From IMG/VR virus record IMGVR_UViG_2623620502_000008: a DNA stretch of 39,935 nucleotides, one strand, 5' to 3'. This DNA is from a virus (lineage: Duplodnaviria > Heunggongvirae > Uroviricota > Caudoviricetes). Both the position numbers and the translations under genes were made by a program. Within the stretch, counting starts at the first letter, position 1. Each line of letters opens with the position of its first letter. Below, in pieces: positions 1-9,141 of this stretch. The notes under the pieces were generated by a model. It ran no database searches. It worked only from the letters and a program-made list of their open reading frames with translations, and was not told the DNA's origin.

Positions 1-1719
1 ATGATTTTTAGGGATAGCTTGAGAGTATTACCTTATGGTCGAGTAGATAATGATTTCTTCCAGATAGAAGAAAGACGTTCATGGAATGCAGGGCGATATT
101 ATTGGTCTAATAGAAGGATTTTTGGTTATATTGGAATTACTCAATCCAGTAATAAAGAGCTGAAAGATAAGTCGGGGAGAGAGGGATTCATAAGAAACCA
201 GGCTGCAAGAGAACTGAAAACTATTATATCTAATTTGTTAACTGAACTTGCTGATAGATTTTTTGGTTCACGTTCTGATGACCGTAAAGAGCTTTTAGAA
301 CAAGTTAAGCGTGAAAAAGAGTTAAGAAAATCTGCTCAACAACAAGCTCGAAAATCAACACAAAAAAGTTTTTCAGAAGCTTTGAAGAATCAGACACCAG
401 TTCTTGATGCTTCCTTGGAGGCTGTTAAAAGGCTGAAAACTAAGCTTGATAAAACTGATGGTTCGTTAGATTTAAACTATCTTAAAATTATAGACAGTGA
501 TCTTACAAACTTAGATGCGTTGCGCAGTGAAATTAAAACGCCTATCAAACCTCCAAAACTTGGAATGTATGAAGAGAAATATAGAGACTACAGAGATAAA
601 TTTAATGAGTTCTCTGCGTATATTCTACAAATGAAGTTAGCAATTAATAAACTTGATTCTGAATTAAATAAACTTGAGCCTTCATTGTCAGCGAAAAATC
701 ACCTTGAAAAAAATCAAGGTATTATTAATTCTAAACTAACTAAGTTTAATAACACGATAGAGGAGAAGATACATTCTCTTTTAAAAAAATGGGCCGATGA
801 AATAAAGGTTGATCGAAGTGATTATTATGCTAAAACTATATCAGTTGTTGATTCAATAGATAATGATTCACAAATTGAAAATGTGTTTAATTTGCTCGAT
901 AGTTTATATGTTGAGTCAGTTGATACCCTAACTTTCAAATATCAATCAATAATAAAAGGTCTCGATAGATTATTTGAAGGTATAAACTTAGATTCAGCAT
1001 TCTCATTATCTGAAGAAGAACGCTCATATTTTGAAGAAAAAGCTAAAAGTTTAAACGCGCTTGCACAGTTAGGTATTAGTGTTGAGATAATATCTCATGA
1101 ACTTGAAGAAATGGATTCTATGGTAACCAGAGGACTAAACTCTCTTCCTACTTCTGTAAAAGAACACCCTGGTTTTTCATTGGCGTTAAATGCTCACAGA
1201 TCGCTTACTCAACAAATACGTTTCTTATCACCTTTGAAAATATCAGGTTATCAATCCAGGCAGAGAATAACTGGAAAAAATATCATGGATTATGTCCTGA
1301 AGTTCTTTGGGGAGCGTTTCGAACGGCAACGAATAACTATTGAATTTAGTGAAGAGTTTAAGCAAATCGCAATAACAGATATACCATCAAGGATCTATCC
1401 TGTTTTTACTAATATTATCAACAATGCAATGTATTGGGTCAGTCTGTCAAATAATAGGCTCATAAAGATTGGTTTTGTGAATTCTTTGGTTATCATAGCA
1501 AATTCTGGTCCGGCAATTGATACCGATGATATCCCGCGACTATTTGAACTATTTTATAGCAAAAGAGCAAATGGACATGGGGTAGGTCTGTATCTATGTC
1601 GAGAAAACCTTGCTGTTGCACATCATAAAATATGGTATTCAGAACCTGATGAAGGCGATAACTATTTAATAAAAGATGGCGCTAATTTTGTGATCCAGTT
1701 CAATGGAGTGGAGTTCTAA
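1..1719 (+). CDS. histidine-kinase-like ATPase (H-box-like motif plus GHKL/HATPase_c-like C-terminus; long coiled-coil-rich N-terminal part); possibly 5'-truncated by window edge
   Basis: ORF runs from base 1. Translation shows ISHELEEM (around nt 1081..1116) resembling the HisKA phospho-acceptor H-box, then IINNAMYW (N-box-like), DTDD...ELFYSKR and GHGVGLYLCRENL (D/G-box-like) at the C-terminus. Lys/Glu/Leu-rich heptad-like N-terminal region. Confidence 0.5.
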   Translation: MIFRDSLRVLPYGRVDNDFFQIEERRSWNAGRYYWSNRRIFGYIGITQSSNKELKDKSGREGFIRNQAARELKTIISNLLTELADRFFGSRSDDRKELLEQVKREKELRKSAQQQARKSTQKSFSEALKNQTPVLDASLEAVKRLKTKLDKTDGSLDLNYLKIIDSDLTNLDALRSEIKTPIKPPKLGMYEEKYRDYRDKFNEFSAYILQMKLAINKLDSELNKLEPSLSAKNHLEKNQGIINSKLTKFNNTIEEKIHSLLKKWADEIKVDRSDYYAKTISVVDSIDNDSQIENVFNLLDSLYVESVDTLTFKYQSIIKGLDRLFEGINLDSAFSLSEEERSYFEEKAKSLNALAQLGISVEIISHELEEMDSMVTRGLNSLPTSVKEHPGFSLALNAHRSLTQQIRFLSPLKISGYQSRQRITGKNIMDYVLKFFGERFERQRITIEFSEEFKQIAITDIPSRIYPVFTNIINNAMYWVSLSNNRLIKIGFVNSLVIIANSGPAIDTDDIPRLFELFYSKRANGHGVGLYLCRENLAVAHHKIWYSEPDEGDNYLIKDGANFVIQFNGVEF

Positions 1720-1720
1720 T

Positions 1721-3469
1721 ATGACAGTGGCAAATTATAATTCTCTTGTCCAGAAAACTTTCTGCGAAAATGCAATTCGTTCCGTTGTCATGATTGATGA
1801 CGATTTTCTGACGTATTCTGAATCAATCAGGGCGTTGAATAACGAAGTTGATTTAGACTACAACAAAATTGACTCATCTAAACGAGCCGCTACTCTTGAG
1901 AGCTTTTTTCAATCTAAGAATATGATTTGTGATGTTGACAATGGTTCTGTTAATTTCGATGTGGATCGGATTAGAAAATCAGATCTTATTATTGTAGATT
2001 ATCATCTTGATAATAATGCACCTGATAAAACACTTAAACTATTACAAGATTTGAAAGACTCCGATCATTTAAATATGATTGTAATATATACTAGAGAGAA
2101 TTTAGAAACGGTTTGGATGCAGATATCATCGACTCTCAAAGGTGCTCTGGATATCAACAGCTTGATCATTGACTACGATAATGAAGATGTCCAAAGTTAT
2201 TGGGAAGACGTTGTATTACCGAACTTAAATGATAATGGTAATAAAGCTCTCACAAGAGATGAAACAATAGCCTATATTAAAGACAGTAAGCCTTGTAGAA
2301 GAATTAAAAGATTAATACATGATGATGCTGTGTTGGAGGATCAAAAGGATAAAAACTTCATTGCAAAAATGATTGCAGAATATGCTGTGTCTAGAAATGC
2401 AATTATTTCTAGCAACACATCTGGCAATGTCATTCGGGGTGATGAAAGCGGAGTAAAATGGATTCAATGTGGTAATATCTTTGTCTCCCTATTTCATAAG
2501 GTTCAAGATGATCATGAAAACGATGGAGATAGGATTTGGCAAACTCTCAATGATTCTCTCATTGAATGGAAACCATCTTATTATCAGTTAATAAAATCTG
2601 AAATTCAGAATGCAATCGAAGCTGAGGCTTTATCTTTTGTAAATCATTTGGCTAACGATCATTACGGTCAAGCTGCGTGGTTAAATGAGATATTAAAATC
2701 AGACTCGCCTGATATTAGATGTAGAAATATTGACTTTGTATTTGGTAATTTATCAGAAGAGCTTTATCAAAGACTTAAAAATAATAATACGCTGGATGAA
2801 TTTATCAAAAGTGTTTTTGATAGCTATTCAAATGAATACGCTAACAGCGGAGTTGCTGCATTGCTCCAATATTGCTCTTCAAAAATGGATCTGCCATCAA
2901 ATAATGATACTTATCACGAAATGTATCATGCTTTAAATATGAATTTGTCTTCAAAGAATTTTGAAGATGGTCATATTTCTACTGGCACTATTTTCTTTGA
3001 TACAGAGTCGAACAAATGGTATTTATGTGTATCTGCGGCATGTGATTTGGTTCCTACTCAGGGTAACGACCCTCACCATGTAAGATTAAGTCCGCACAGG
3101 CTCATTAAAGTTCTGGAGCTTTTTAACGCCAGTCAGAGTAAAGCATTGCCATTTGCTGAACATTCGAAATATATATATGTAATGCATAAAAATCAAAGAA
3201 AATATCTCTCTATTTTCGAAGGGGATAAAACGCTTCCTGTTGTTGATTATATGGTGGTGTTGAATCATGGAACAACAGTTGATGGCGAAGAAAAAAATAT
3301 TATTTCTGCCGTGTTTTTAAGTAATATGGATGGCAACGTGCAAAATGTTCCTGTCCGACTCAAACTTAAATCTCAACTGAGAACTGGTTATGCAGAAAGA
3401 TATCAGGCTATAGCGTCTCAGTATAGCTCAAGGATTGGTGTGGATTATGTATCAATGATGCTACCATAA
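1721..3469 (+). CDS. receiver (REC)-domain protein fused to a roughly 450-aa C-terminal domain of unknown function (candidate effector)
   Basis: ATG at 1721 preceded by GGAG-rich sequence (alternative in-frame ATG at 1703). N-terminus has VVMIDDDF (acidic pocket), DLIIVDYHLD (phospho-acceptor Asp context) and MIVIYTREN (conserved Thr) in the order and spacing of CheY-like receivers. Rest shows no motif I recognise. Two-codon gap/overlap with upstream gene implies an operon. Confidence 0.5.
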   Translation: MTVANYNSLVQKTFCENAIRSVVMIDDDFLTYSESIRALNNEVDLDYNKIDSSKRAATLESFFQSKNMICDVDNGSVNFDVDRIRKSDLIIVDYHLDNNAPDKTLKLLQDLKDSDHLNMIVIYTRENLETVWMQISSTLKGALDINSLIIDYDNEDVQSYWEDVVLPNLNDNGNKALTRDETIAYIKDSKPCRRIKRLIHDDAVLEDQKDKNFIAKMIAEYAVSRNAIISSNTSGNVIRGDESGVKWIQCGNIFVSLFHKVQDDHENDGDRIWQTLNDSLIEWKPSYYQLIKSEIQNAIEAEALSFVNHLANDHYGQAAWLNEILKSDSPDIRCRNIDFVFGNLSEELYQRLKNNNTLDEFIKSVFDSYSNEYANSGVAALLQYCSSKMDLPSNNDTYHEMYHALNMNLSSKNFEDGHISTGTIFFDTESNKWYLCVSAACDLVPTQGNDPHHVRLSPHRLIKVLELFNASQSKALPFAEHSKYIYVMHKNQRKYLSIFEGDKTLPVVDYMVVLNHGTTVDGEEKNIISAVFLSNMDGNVQNVPVRLKLKSQLRTGYAERYQAIASQYSSRIGVDYVSMMLP

Positions 3470-3540
3470 TTATTATATTTTAGGCGTGGTGATTTTTTTT
3501 CGCCATGCCTATTTTATATTTATCATCACAATGATGTTGT

Positions 3541-3957
3541 TTATTTTTGTTTAAGTCTTCTAAGCTTCATGCATTCTAATGAGAATAATAATAGAGTTGT
3601 GCTGTATATAAAGCCAGAGTTAGTTAATAACTTTAAATTTAATGCTTCAGGATTTTCACTGAGAAAGTGAAAGGCATAAACTAAGTATACAGCTAAAGTA
3701 GTCGTTCCAATTGTTGGTCCAATATCGCCTTGATCATGAGGTTCAAGGTTTACATTGAACTTGAAGATTAGCCATTCAAATCCCCAAGTAAAAAAAACAA
3801 CTAATATCATGGCTGCGAATAATTTCGCGATGTTATCTGCTGATGGATTCATCAGAACAGATTGTTTCTGAAAAAATTCACAAAGTGAGAGTCCGAAAAA
3901 AATAAAAAAAAGTGGTCTGGAACTAAATTTTTCAAAAACTTTGAATAGGGTTTCCAT
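3541..3957 (-). CDS. small integral membrane protein (about 4 predicted TM segments), hypothetical
   Basis: 138-aa ORF with hydrophobic stretches (LFFIFFGLSL, AAMILVVFFTWGF, TTTLAVYLVYAF, GFIYSTTLLLFSL); AT-rich; immediately downstream of and co-oriented with the P4-type integrase. Confidence 0.4.
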   Translation of the reverse strand: METLFKVFEKFSSRPLFFIFFGLSLCEFFQKQSVLMNPSADNIAKLFAAMILVVFFTWGFEWLIFKFNVNLEPHDQGDIGPTIGTTTLAVYLVYAFHFLSENPEALNLKLLTNSGFIYSTTLLLFSLECMKLRRLKQK

Positions 3958-3995
3958 TTTCTTTACCTTCAGGATTATATTAGCTATTCTGATAC

Positions 3996-5267
3996 TTAGG
4001 CTACCAGAGCATTTGATCTTTGAGCTTGAACGTAATCACTCCACCATTGCATCAAACTCTGTCGCTCTATCAGATATTCTGCACGATTGTATGCTGCGAT
4101 AATTTCATCTTTTTTCGAGTGGGCAAGCGCTGCCTCAAGAACTTCAGCTCTGAATTTACCAGACTCCTCTGCCGCTGTTCGTGCAATAGAACGCATACCG
4201 TGAGCTACAAGCTCGCCTCCGAACCCCATTCGGATGATAGCTGCGTTGGCTGTTTGTTCATGCATATGATTAAGAGGCGCTTTTATGCTGGGGAAAACCC
4301 ATTCTCTATGCCCACTTATTGATTTCATTAATTCAAGGATGCGCAAAGCTTCTTTACTCAAAGGAACTTTGTGAAGCTTTTTCATTTTCATGAAATCAGC
4401 AGGAATGTTCCAAATGCTGTTGGTTGTATCAATATCAGACCACCTTGCGCGAACGGCTTCACCCGGACGAACCCATGTCAACAATTGCCATTCAATTAGC
4501 ATACGTGTTTCCAACCGGATTGACGCATTCGTCAAAGATTCCATAAACCTTGGCAATTCGCTTGGGGGAAGGGCAGGCATATTTTGCTTTTTTGGTTTAC
4601 TGAATCTTTGACCAAGGTTGTCAGCCGGGTTGAACTCAATAAGTTCTTCAGTAGCTGCCCACCGGAAGATTTCATTCAGACGTGAAATGATACGGCGTAG
4701 AGTTTCCAATACGCCTCGTTGCTCAATAGGATCAAGGTGTTGTTTTAAGAGCTTAGGTCGGATCTCATTGATAGGGACATTACCCAGACCGGGAAAGACA
4801 TTTCTCTCTAAGCTGCGCCAGATGTCTGCTGCATGGTCTTGTGAGATACCTGATGTCTTTACCTTCTCATCTAACCATTTCCGCGCTACGGCTTGGAGAG
4901 TGTGCTCAGTAGCACTCTTTAATGCCTTCGCCTTATCGTTGTTATGGATTTGGGGATCAACACCATTTGCCAGAAAGGAGAGATATTCATCACGTAAGGC
5001 TCTGGCTCTTGCAAGGGTAAGGTGAGGATATGTCCCAAGGCTCATTTTGGTTCTTTTCTTGCTCACTGGTACTGCATACCTGAAATACCAATTTTTCTTG
5101 CCTCCTTTCGCCAAAGGAGCGATTCGTAGAATCAGACCATCACCGTCAAACAAGTTGATTTCTTTATCGGCTGGCTTGGTGCTTTTGATTTCAGTGTCAG
5201 TGAGCTTCTTAGCGATTTTTGCCATTTTGGGACCCTCGGTTTTTGGACCCTTCTTAGTGGGTCCCAT
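3996..5267 (-). CDS. tyrosine recombinase, P4-type integrase (IntA-like)
   Basis: 423-aa ORF; N-terminal LTDTEIKSTKP...LFDGDGLILRI...WYFRY arm-binding-type motif typical of P4-family integrases; C-terminal catalytic region with HGMRSIARTAA and AHS...Y. Internal ATG at 5225 (MAKIAKK...) may be the true start. Located beside the ssrA att repeat. Confidence 0.85.
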   Translation of the reverse strand: MGPTKKGPKTEGPKMAKIAKKLTDTEIKSTKPADKEINLFDGDGLILRIAPLAKGGKKNWYFRYAVPVSKKRTKMSLGTYPHLTLARARALRDEYLSFLANGVDPQIHNNDKAKALKSATEHTLQAVARKWLDEKVKTSGISQDHAADIWRSLERNVFPGLGNVPINEIRPKLLKQHLDPIEQRGVLETLRRIISRLNEIFRWAATEELIEFNPADNLGQRFSKPKKQNMPALPPSELPRFMESLTNASIRLETRMLIEWQLLTWVRPGEAVRARWSDIDTTNSIWNIPADFMKMKKLHKVPLSKEALRILELMKSISGHREWVFPSIKAPLNHMHEQTANAAIIRMGFGGELVAHGMRSIARTAAEESGKFRAEVLEAALAHSKKDEIIAAYNRAEYLIERQSLMQWWSDYVQAQRSNALVA

Positions 5268-5390
5268 TCAGGGTGCCATAACTCGTAGTTCTCAGCAATT
5301 CTCACTGGACGACAATAGACGTAAAAAAGCCCGCAGAGCTTGTGCTGTGTGGGCTTAGTAGACTTCATTGAACTTCAAACAACTAAAAAG

Positions 5391-5435
5391 TGGTGGAGCT
5401 GGCGGGAGTTGAACCCGCGTCCGAAATTCCTACAT
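5391..5435. repeat. attL: 45-bp direct repeat identical to the 3' end of ssrA (displaced tmRNA 3' fragment)
   Basis: tggtggagctggcgggagttgaacccgcgtccgaaattcctacat occurs at 5391..5435 and at 38876..38920; flanks diverge immediately outside. Confidence 0.85.
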
Positions 5436-5520
5436 ACCATTTTCACTATAGCAAAAACATTAACTTGCGTTTAAAATCAGTAAGTTAGTATTATCTTGTG
5501 TTTGTCCGTTTTACTCATTT

Positions 5521-6567
5521 TTAATGTTCTGTCGCCAATCTGTCGCCATTGTAGGTCAACGAAGGTTGAGCCTTCCCTTTGTTTGTTACAATTTCATCAA
5601 AGATAGCTGGATTATTATCTTTCAGTAATCTTGCTAGTATAATGATTTGCCCAGACGAGCCATCATCCTTGAATGAAAGGAAATTATCGGTAATATCAAG
5701 AATATCAATGGTAAATTTGAAGTAGGTTTCAATTGTATCGCCAAGTTCAATGCTGGACATGAAGTTAGTAATCATTTCATATCCATCAAAGTATAAAGTT
5801 GCATGTTCATTTAACTCCATGGGAGTTAGGCAAAGCATTCGATTAAGTTCGGATAAGTGTTTTTCTATTGAATGAAGAGATTGCATTTGACGGATTAAAA
5901 CTTCGGCAAACTGAGAGCCACGATTAGATGAATGTATCTTCTCTAGGTTTTTTAGTATATCAACCCAGTGATTATTTACTTCACGTATGTATTCTTTATC
6001 TGTATTTTTAGGCCGTCCCTTCTCTGGTGAGCTATTTATGAAAATATATCTATATAGATGTATTGGGTAGTTTATTTTATAACTTATCTCTTTAGTACCA
6101 TAATGACGTTCGCGTTTAATGGTTTTGTTAGGTAAATTGGTGAAATAATCAGTAACGAACTTTAAATGGCTATAGTAGCTATCAGATAGATTCTTTTGCT
6201 TGGTTTCCTCAATTTGTCGGTTTGTTTGAACTGTGCGGTGTATGTTTGCTACGACAGCAACAAATGGTATGGACAAAGAAAGTAAGGCGATAGGAAGCTT
6301 GCTAATTGCAATGAAATTATTAAAGCCCTCACTATCAAATTGAGGGGAATGTCCAAGCCAGGAAAATATACCAAAGTATATCGCTGAAAATACAGGAATC
6401 CTAAGTGATTGTTTAAATAAGTATTGACTTGTTAATGGCCTTTCATCCATGTTAAAGCCTTTTTTTGATACGCATAGATATAATTCAAGGCATATATATA
6501 AAAAATATATTATGATAAGTAAGTACGATATCCATGGGTATTGTTGGATATAGTTATTAACAAGCAC
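5521..6567 (-). CDS. membrane-anchored hypothetical protein (3 N-terminal TM helices plus about 230-aa soluble domain); prophage cargo between int and attL
   Basis: 348-aa ORF, AT-rich; start overlaps the int stop by 11 nt (same strand, suggesting translational coupling); TM segments YLLIIIYFLYICLELYLCV, IPVFSAIYFGIFSWL, IALLSLSIPFVAVVANI. Confidence 0.5.
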   Translation of the reverse strand: MLVNNYIQQYPWISYLLIIIYFLYICLELYLCVSKKGFNMDERPLTSQYLFKQSLRIPVFSAIYFGIFSWLGHSPQFDSEGFNNFIAISKLPIALLSLSIPFVAVVANIHRTVQTNRQIEETKQKNLSDSYYSHLKFVTDYFTNLPNKTIKRERHYGTKEISYKINYPIHLYRYIFINSSPEKGRPKNTDKEYIREVNNHWVDILKNLEKIHSSNRGSQFAEVLIRQMQSLHSIEKHLSELNRMLCLTPMELNEHATLYFDGYEMITNFMSSIELGDTIETYFKFTIDILDITDNFLSFKDDGSSGQIIILARLLKDNNPAIFDEIVTNKGKAQPSLTYNGDRLATEH

Positions 6568-7597
6568 TTTCTAATTTTCTCCATCCAAGGTTAGCAAGAG
6601 GATTTTTGGTTACAGCATCTTCCAGATGGTCGGGAGCGAAGTGGGCGTAAATCATTGTCATTTTTATATCGACATGGCCCAGAATATCGCGCAGCACCAG
6701 TATGTTTCCGCCATTCATCATAAAGTGACTTGCAAATGTATGTCGTAATACGTGTGTGCATTGCCCTTCTGGTAGCTCGATACCAGCTCGTTTTACCGCA
6801 CGTTCAAAAGCTTTCCTACAAGGTGTAAATAATTTTCCCCTATTCTTAGGCAGTTCTTCATATAAATCCTTTGAAATAGGCACTGTTCGGTTTTTCTTTC
6901 CTTTAGTCTTGGTATAAGTGATACGGTATTTTGATACCTGATGACTCTGTAGGTTTTCGGCTTCGCTCCAGCGTGCGCCGGTGGCCAAGCATATTTTTGC
7001 AATCATCAGCAGACTGGGGCTTTGAGAATCAGCACAGGCATCCAGCAGACGTTTAATTTCTTCCGGGGTCAGGAACGCCAATTCACCCTCAGCAATTTTA
7101 AATGTTGGCAGCCCAGCAAGCGGGTTGGGGGCTGACCAGTGGCCCAGCTTTTTCAGTGTACCAAAAACAGATGATAGGTTGCGCTGTTCAAGATTTACCG
7201 TGCGGGGCTTAACGGGCGACATAAGCGTGCCATCTTCATTTCGTACTTCACCTTTTAACCGTGCTTCGCGGTATTTCGTAAACTCACCAGCTGTCAGTTC
7301 TGAGGCGATGGGATCGCCTAGACCATTACAGATAATTCTAAGTTTCGCCATGAGGCGCTTGGGGTCTGCGAGTGTTTGACCATACAGGGAATACCACAGC
7401 TCAATTAATTCTGATAGATGTCGCCGATCTTCCTTTTCCCCTAGCCATGGTTTTTTGTTCACTTCTTCCATTGTGAAGCTTTCAAACGCAATGGCTTCGC
7501 CTTTGGTAGCAAATTGCTTACGCACGCGCTTACCATTGCGTCCATTGGGATAGCACTCACACAACCATTTTCCGTTCGGCTGTTTTCTGATGGTCAT
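6557..7597 (-). CDS. int: phage integrase (P2/186-type tyrosine recombinase)
   Basis: 346-aa ORF; catalytic region motifs ATGARWSE, HVLRHTFAS, and MIYAHF; position next to cI and near attL. Confidence 0.9.
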   Translation of the reverse strand: MTIRKQPNGKWLCECYPNGRNGKRVRKQFATKGEAIAFESFTMEEVNKKPWLGEKEDRRHLSELIELWYSLYGQTLADPKRLMAKLRIICNGLGDPIASELTAGEFTKYREARLKGEVRNEDGTLMSPVKPRTVNLEQRNLSSVFGTLKKLGHWSAPNPLAGLPTFKIAEGELAFLTPEEIKRLLDACADSQSPSLLMIAKICLATGARWSEAENLQSHQVSKYRITYTKTKGKKNRTVPISKDLYEELPKNRGKLFTPCRKAFERAVKRAGIELPEGQCTHVLRHTFASHFMMNGGNILVLRDILGHVDIKMTMIYAHFAPDHLEDAVTKNPLANLGWRKLESAC

Positions 7598-7600
7598 AAG

Positions 7601-8239
7601 TTAGAGGTTCTTGATTACTTTGACTGCACGTCCTACGACTTCCACATCATCTACAGAACATTCAAATGAAGTGTCATCTTGGTTAACTACTATTTTGTTT
7701 CCGGGTATGCGCGCAATTTTGACGATGCTTTTAACTCCGTCCATATCGACTAACCAGAAGCCATTACTGACTTGTTTAACAGACGTATCCACTACAAAGC
7801 TATCATTAGCTGTTTTAACAAATAAAGCGTTGGATGAGTCACCATCGAGCAGGCTGCTATCAAGAAGAATTTCATCACTTGGCTGCAGTTCGCCGTTCTT
7901 CAGTTCAACACGTTTGATGCTAGGAGCAACGATCTTAGAAAGTGGTCTTACAGTGACGGGAGGTTCATTTTTGAGATTTGTTTCTTCGTTCTCACACGCA
8001 TACATATCTCCTTGACCAGTAGCCAGCCATAGAAGGGAAACTCCTGTTTCAAGGGCACATTGGATTACCCATTCGGCAGGAAAGCTATCCCTTAAGTATC
8101 TGTTAGCCATAGTGCTTTTTGATACTTCCAGATGTTCGCAGAGCTGCTGTCGTGAGCTGAAGTTGTAAGCCTTAATAAGCCTATTAATCGCATCGCGCCC
8201 ACCACTATCATTCCCCGCCTTGATTAAACTCATAATCAA
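7601..8239 (-). CDS. cI: CI-like immunity repressor (N-terminal HTH)
   Basis: 212-aa ORF; HTH-like QQLCEHLEVSKSTMANRYL near N-terminus; divergent from apl/cII as in phage 186. Confidence 0.75.
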   Translation of the reverse strand: MIMSLIKAGNDSGGRDAINRLIKAYNFSSRQQLCEHLEVSKSTMANRYLRDSFPAEWVIQCALETGVSLLWLATGQGDMYACENEETNLKNEPPVTVRPLSKIVAPSIKRVELKNGELQPSDEILLDSSLLDGDSSNALFVKTANDSFVVDTSVKQVSNGFWLVDMDGVKSIVKIARIPGNKIVVNQDDTSFECSVDDVEVVGRAVKVIKNL

Positions 8240-8349
8240 ACCTCTTGATGCATATAAAAAGCGATCTTAATATCCATTCATGGTTTGAAAAGCAAAACCA
8301 AACCACATAAAACAAGATAAAACGAAACCAAACTAAGAGATACTGCACT
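8240..8349. promoter_or_regulatory. lysis/lysogeny switch intergenic region (face-to-face or divergent early promoters and operators, inferred)
   Basis: 110-bp AT-rich gap between divergently oriented cI (minus) and apl (plus); position only, individual -35/-10 elements not resolved. Confidence 0.35.
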
Positions 8350-8592
8350 ATGAGTACTGATATTTCAATTCGTGTACCAAAAGAGATGGCAACGCCTGCT
8401 GAGTTCGCGGAATGGGAAGGTATCTCCCGCGGCTCCGTGTATCAAAAAATTCACCATGGTCAGCTTGCTAAATACATGGTCAAGAAAGAAAAAAACAAAG
8501 GCCGCGTAAGCCTGCGTTATTTAATGTACAAAACCGATCAGGTCCGTGAATCCCTCGGTCATTCCAACTTCCGCGTCATTGTTGGTAAGTAA
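8350..8592 (+). CDS. apl: Apl/Cox-like excisionase and transcriptional regulator
   Basis: 80-aa basic protein directly opposite cI and upstream of cII, as in 186. Confidence 0.55.
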   Translation: MSTDISIRVPKEMATPAEFAEWEGISRGSVYQKIHHGQLAKYMVKKEKNKGRVSLRYLMYKTDQVRESLGHSNFRVIVGK

Positions 8593-8624
8593 GTTCAATT
8601 ATGAGAACTTTCTAAGGGGGTAGC

Positions 8625-9134
8625 ATGTTTGATTATAAGATTTCCAAACACCCGCATTTTGATGAAGCCTGTAGAGCTTTTGCACTTCGTCACAATATGG
8701 CGAAGCTGGCAGAACGTGCAGGAATGAATGTCCAGACTCTGCGAAACAAACTCAACCCAGATCAACCGCATCAGCTCAATGCGCCAGAAATCTGGCTGCT
8801 TACCGATCTGACTGAAGATTCAACGCTGATAGATGGTTTTCTGGCACAGATTCACTGCCTGCCATGTGTACCGATTAATGAGGTAGCAAAAGAGAAACTG
8901 CCGCATTACGTCATGAGTGCAACTGCAGAGATCGGGCGTATTGCTGCAGGTGCGGTATCTGGCAATGTAAAAACCAGTGCAGGTCGTCGTGATGCTATCA
9001 GCAGCATTAACTCTGTAACACGACTGATGGCGCTGGCTGCTGTTTCATTGCAGGCCCGTTTACAGGCTAACCCGGCGATGGCGAGTGCAGTTGATACCAT
9101 GACTGGCCTTGGTGCTTCATTCGGTTTGCTGTGA
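8625..9134 (+). CDS. cII: CII-like lysogeny establishment regulator
   Basis: 169-aa ORF beginning MFDYKISKHPHFDEACRAFALRHNMAKLAERAGMNVQTLRNKLNP, closely resembling my recollection of phage 186 CII; GGGG-rich RBS upstream. Confidence 0.75.
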   Translation: MFDYKISKHPHFDEACRAFALRHNMAKLAERAGMNVQTLRNKLNPDQPHQLNAPEIWLLTDLTEDSTLIDGFLAQIHCLPCVPINEVAKEKLPHYVMSATAEIGRIAAGAVSGNVKTSAGRRDAISSINSVTRLMALAAVSLQARLQANPAMASAVDTMTGLGASFGLL

Positions 9135-9141
9135 GGTGTTT

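Larger units (their letters stand above)
1..5390. mobile_element. ssrA-associated genomic island, integrase-proximal end (continues beyond window start); AT-rich cargo plus P4-type integrase next to the displaced ssrA 3' repeat
   Basis: P4-family integrase gene (3996..5267) ends about 120 bp from the 45-bp ssrA 3'-end repeat at 5391..5435; cargo genes at 1..3957 are visibly AT-rich compared with the prophage structural genes (by eye, not computed). Confidence 0.55.

Noticed and set aside
2730-3268. Small ORFs 2730..2936 (+) and 3086..3268 (-) inside the REC-fusion gene
   Set aside because: Embedded within a longer, better-supported ORF; AT-rich DNA yields such short frames readily; Ile/Leu-rich junk composition.
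4020-5358. Several plus-strand ORFs (4020..4322, 4390..4611, 4618..5025, 5047..5358) overlapping the P4-type integrase
   Set aside because: All lie antisense within the integrase coding region or its leader, have Cys/Arg-rich odd composition, and lack start-site signals; judged shadow ORFs.
5391-5435. Possible tRNA or tmRNA fragment gene
   Set aside because: It is only the terminal 45 nt of ssrA (acceptor/T-arm equivalent) with no upstream tmRNA body; it is an att-site duplication, not an RNA gene.
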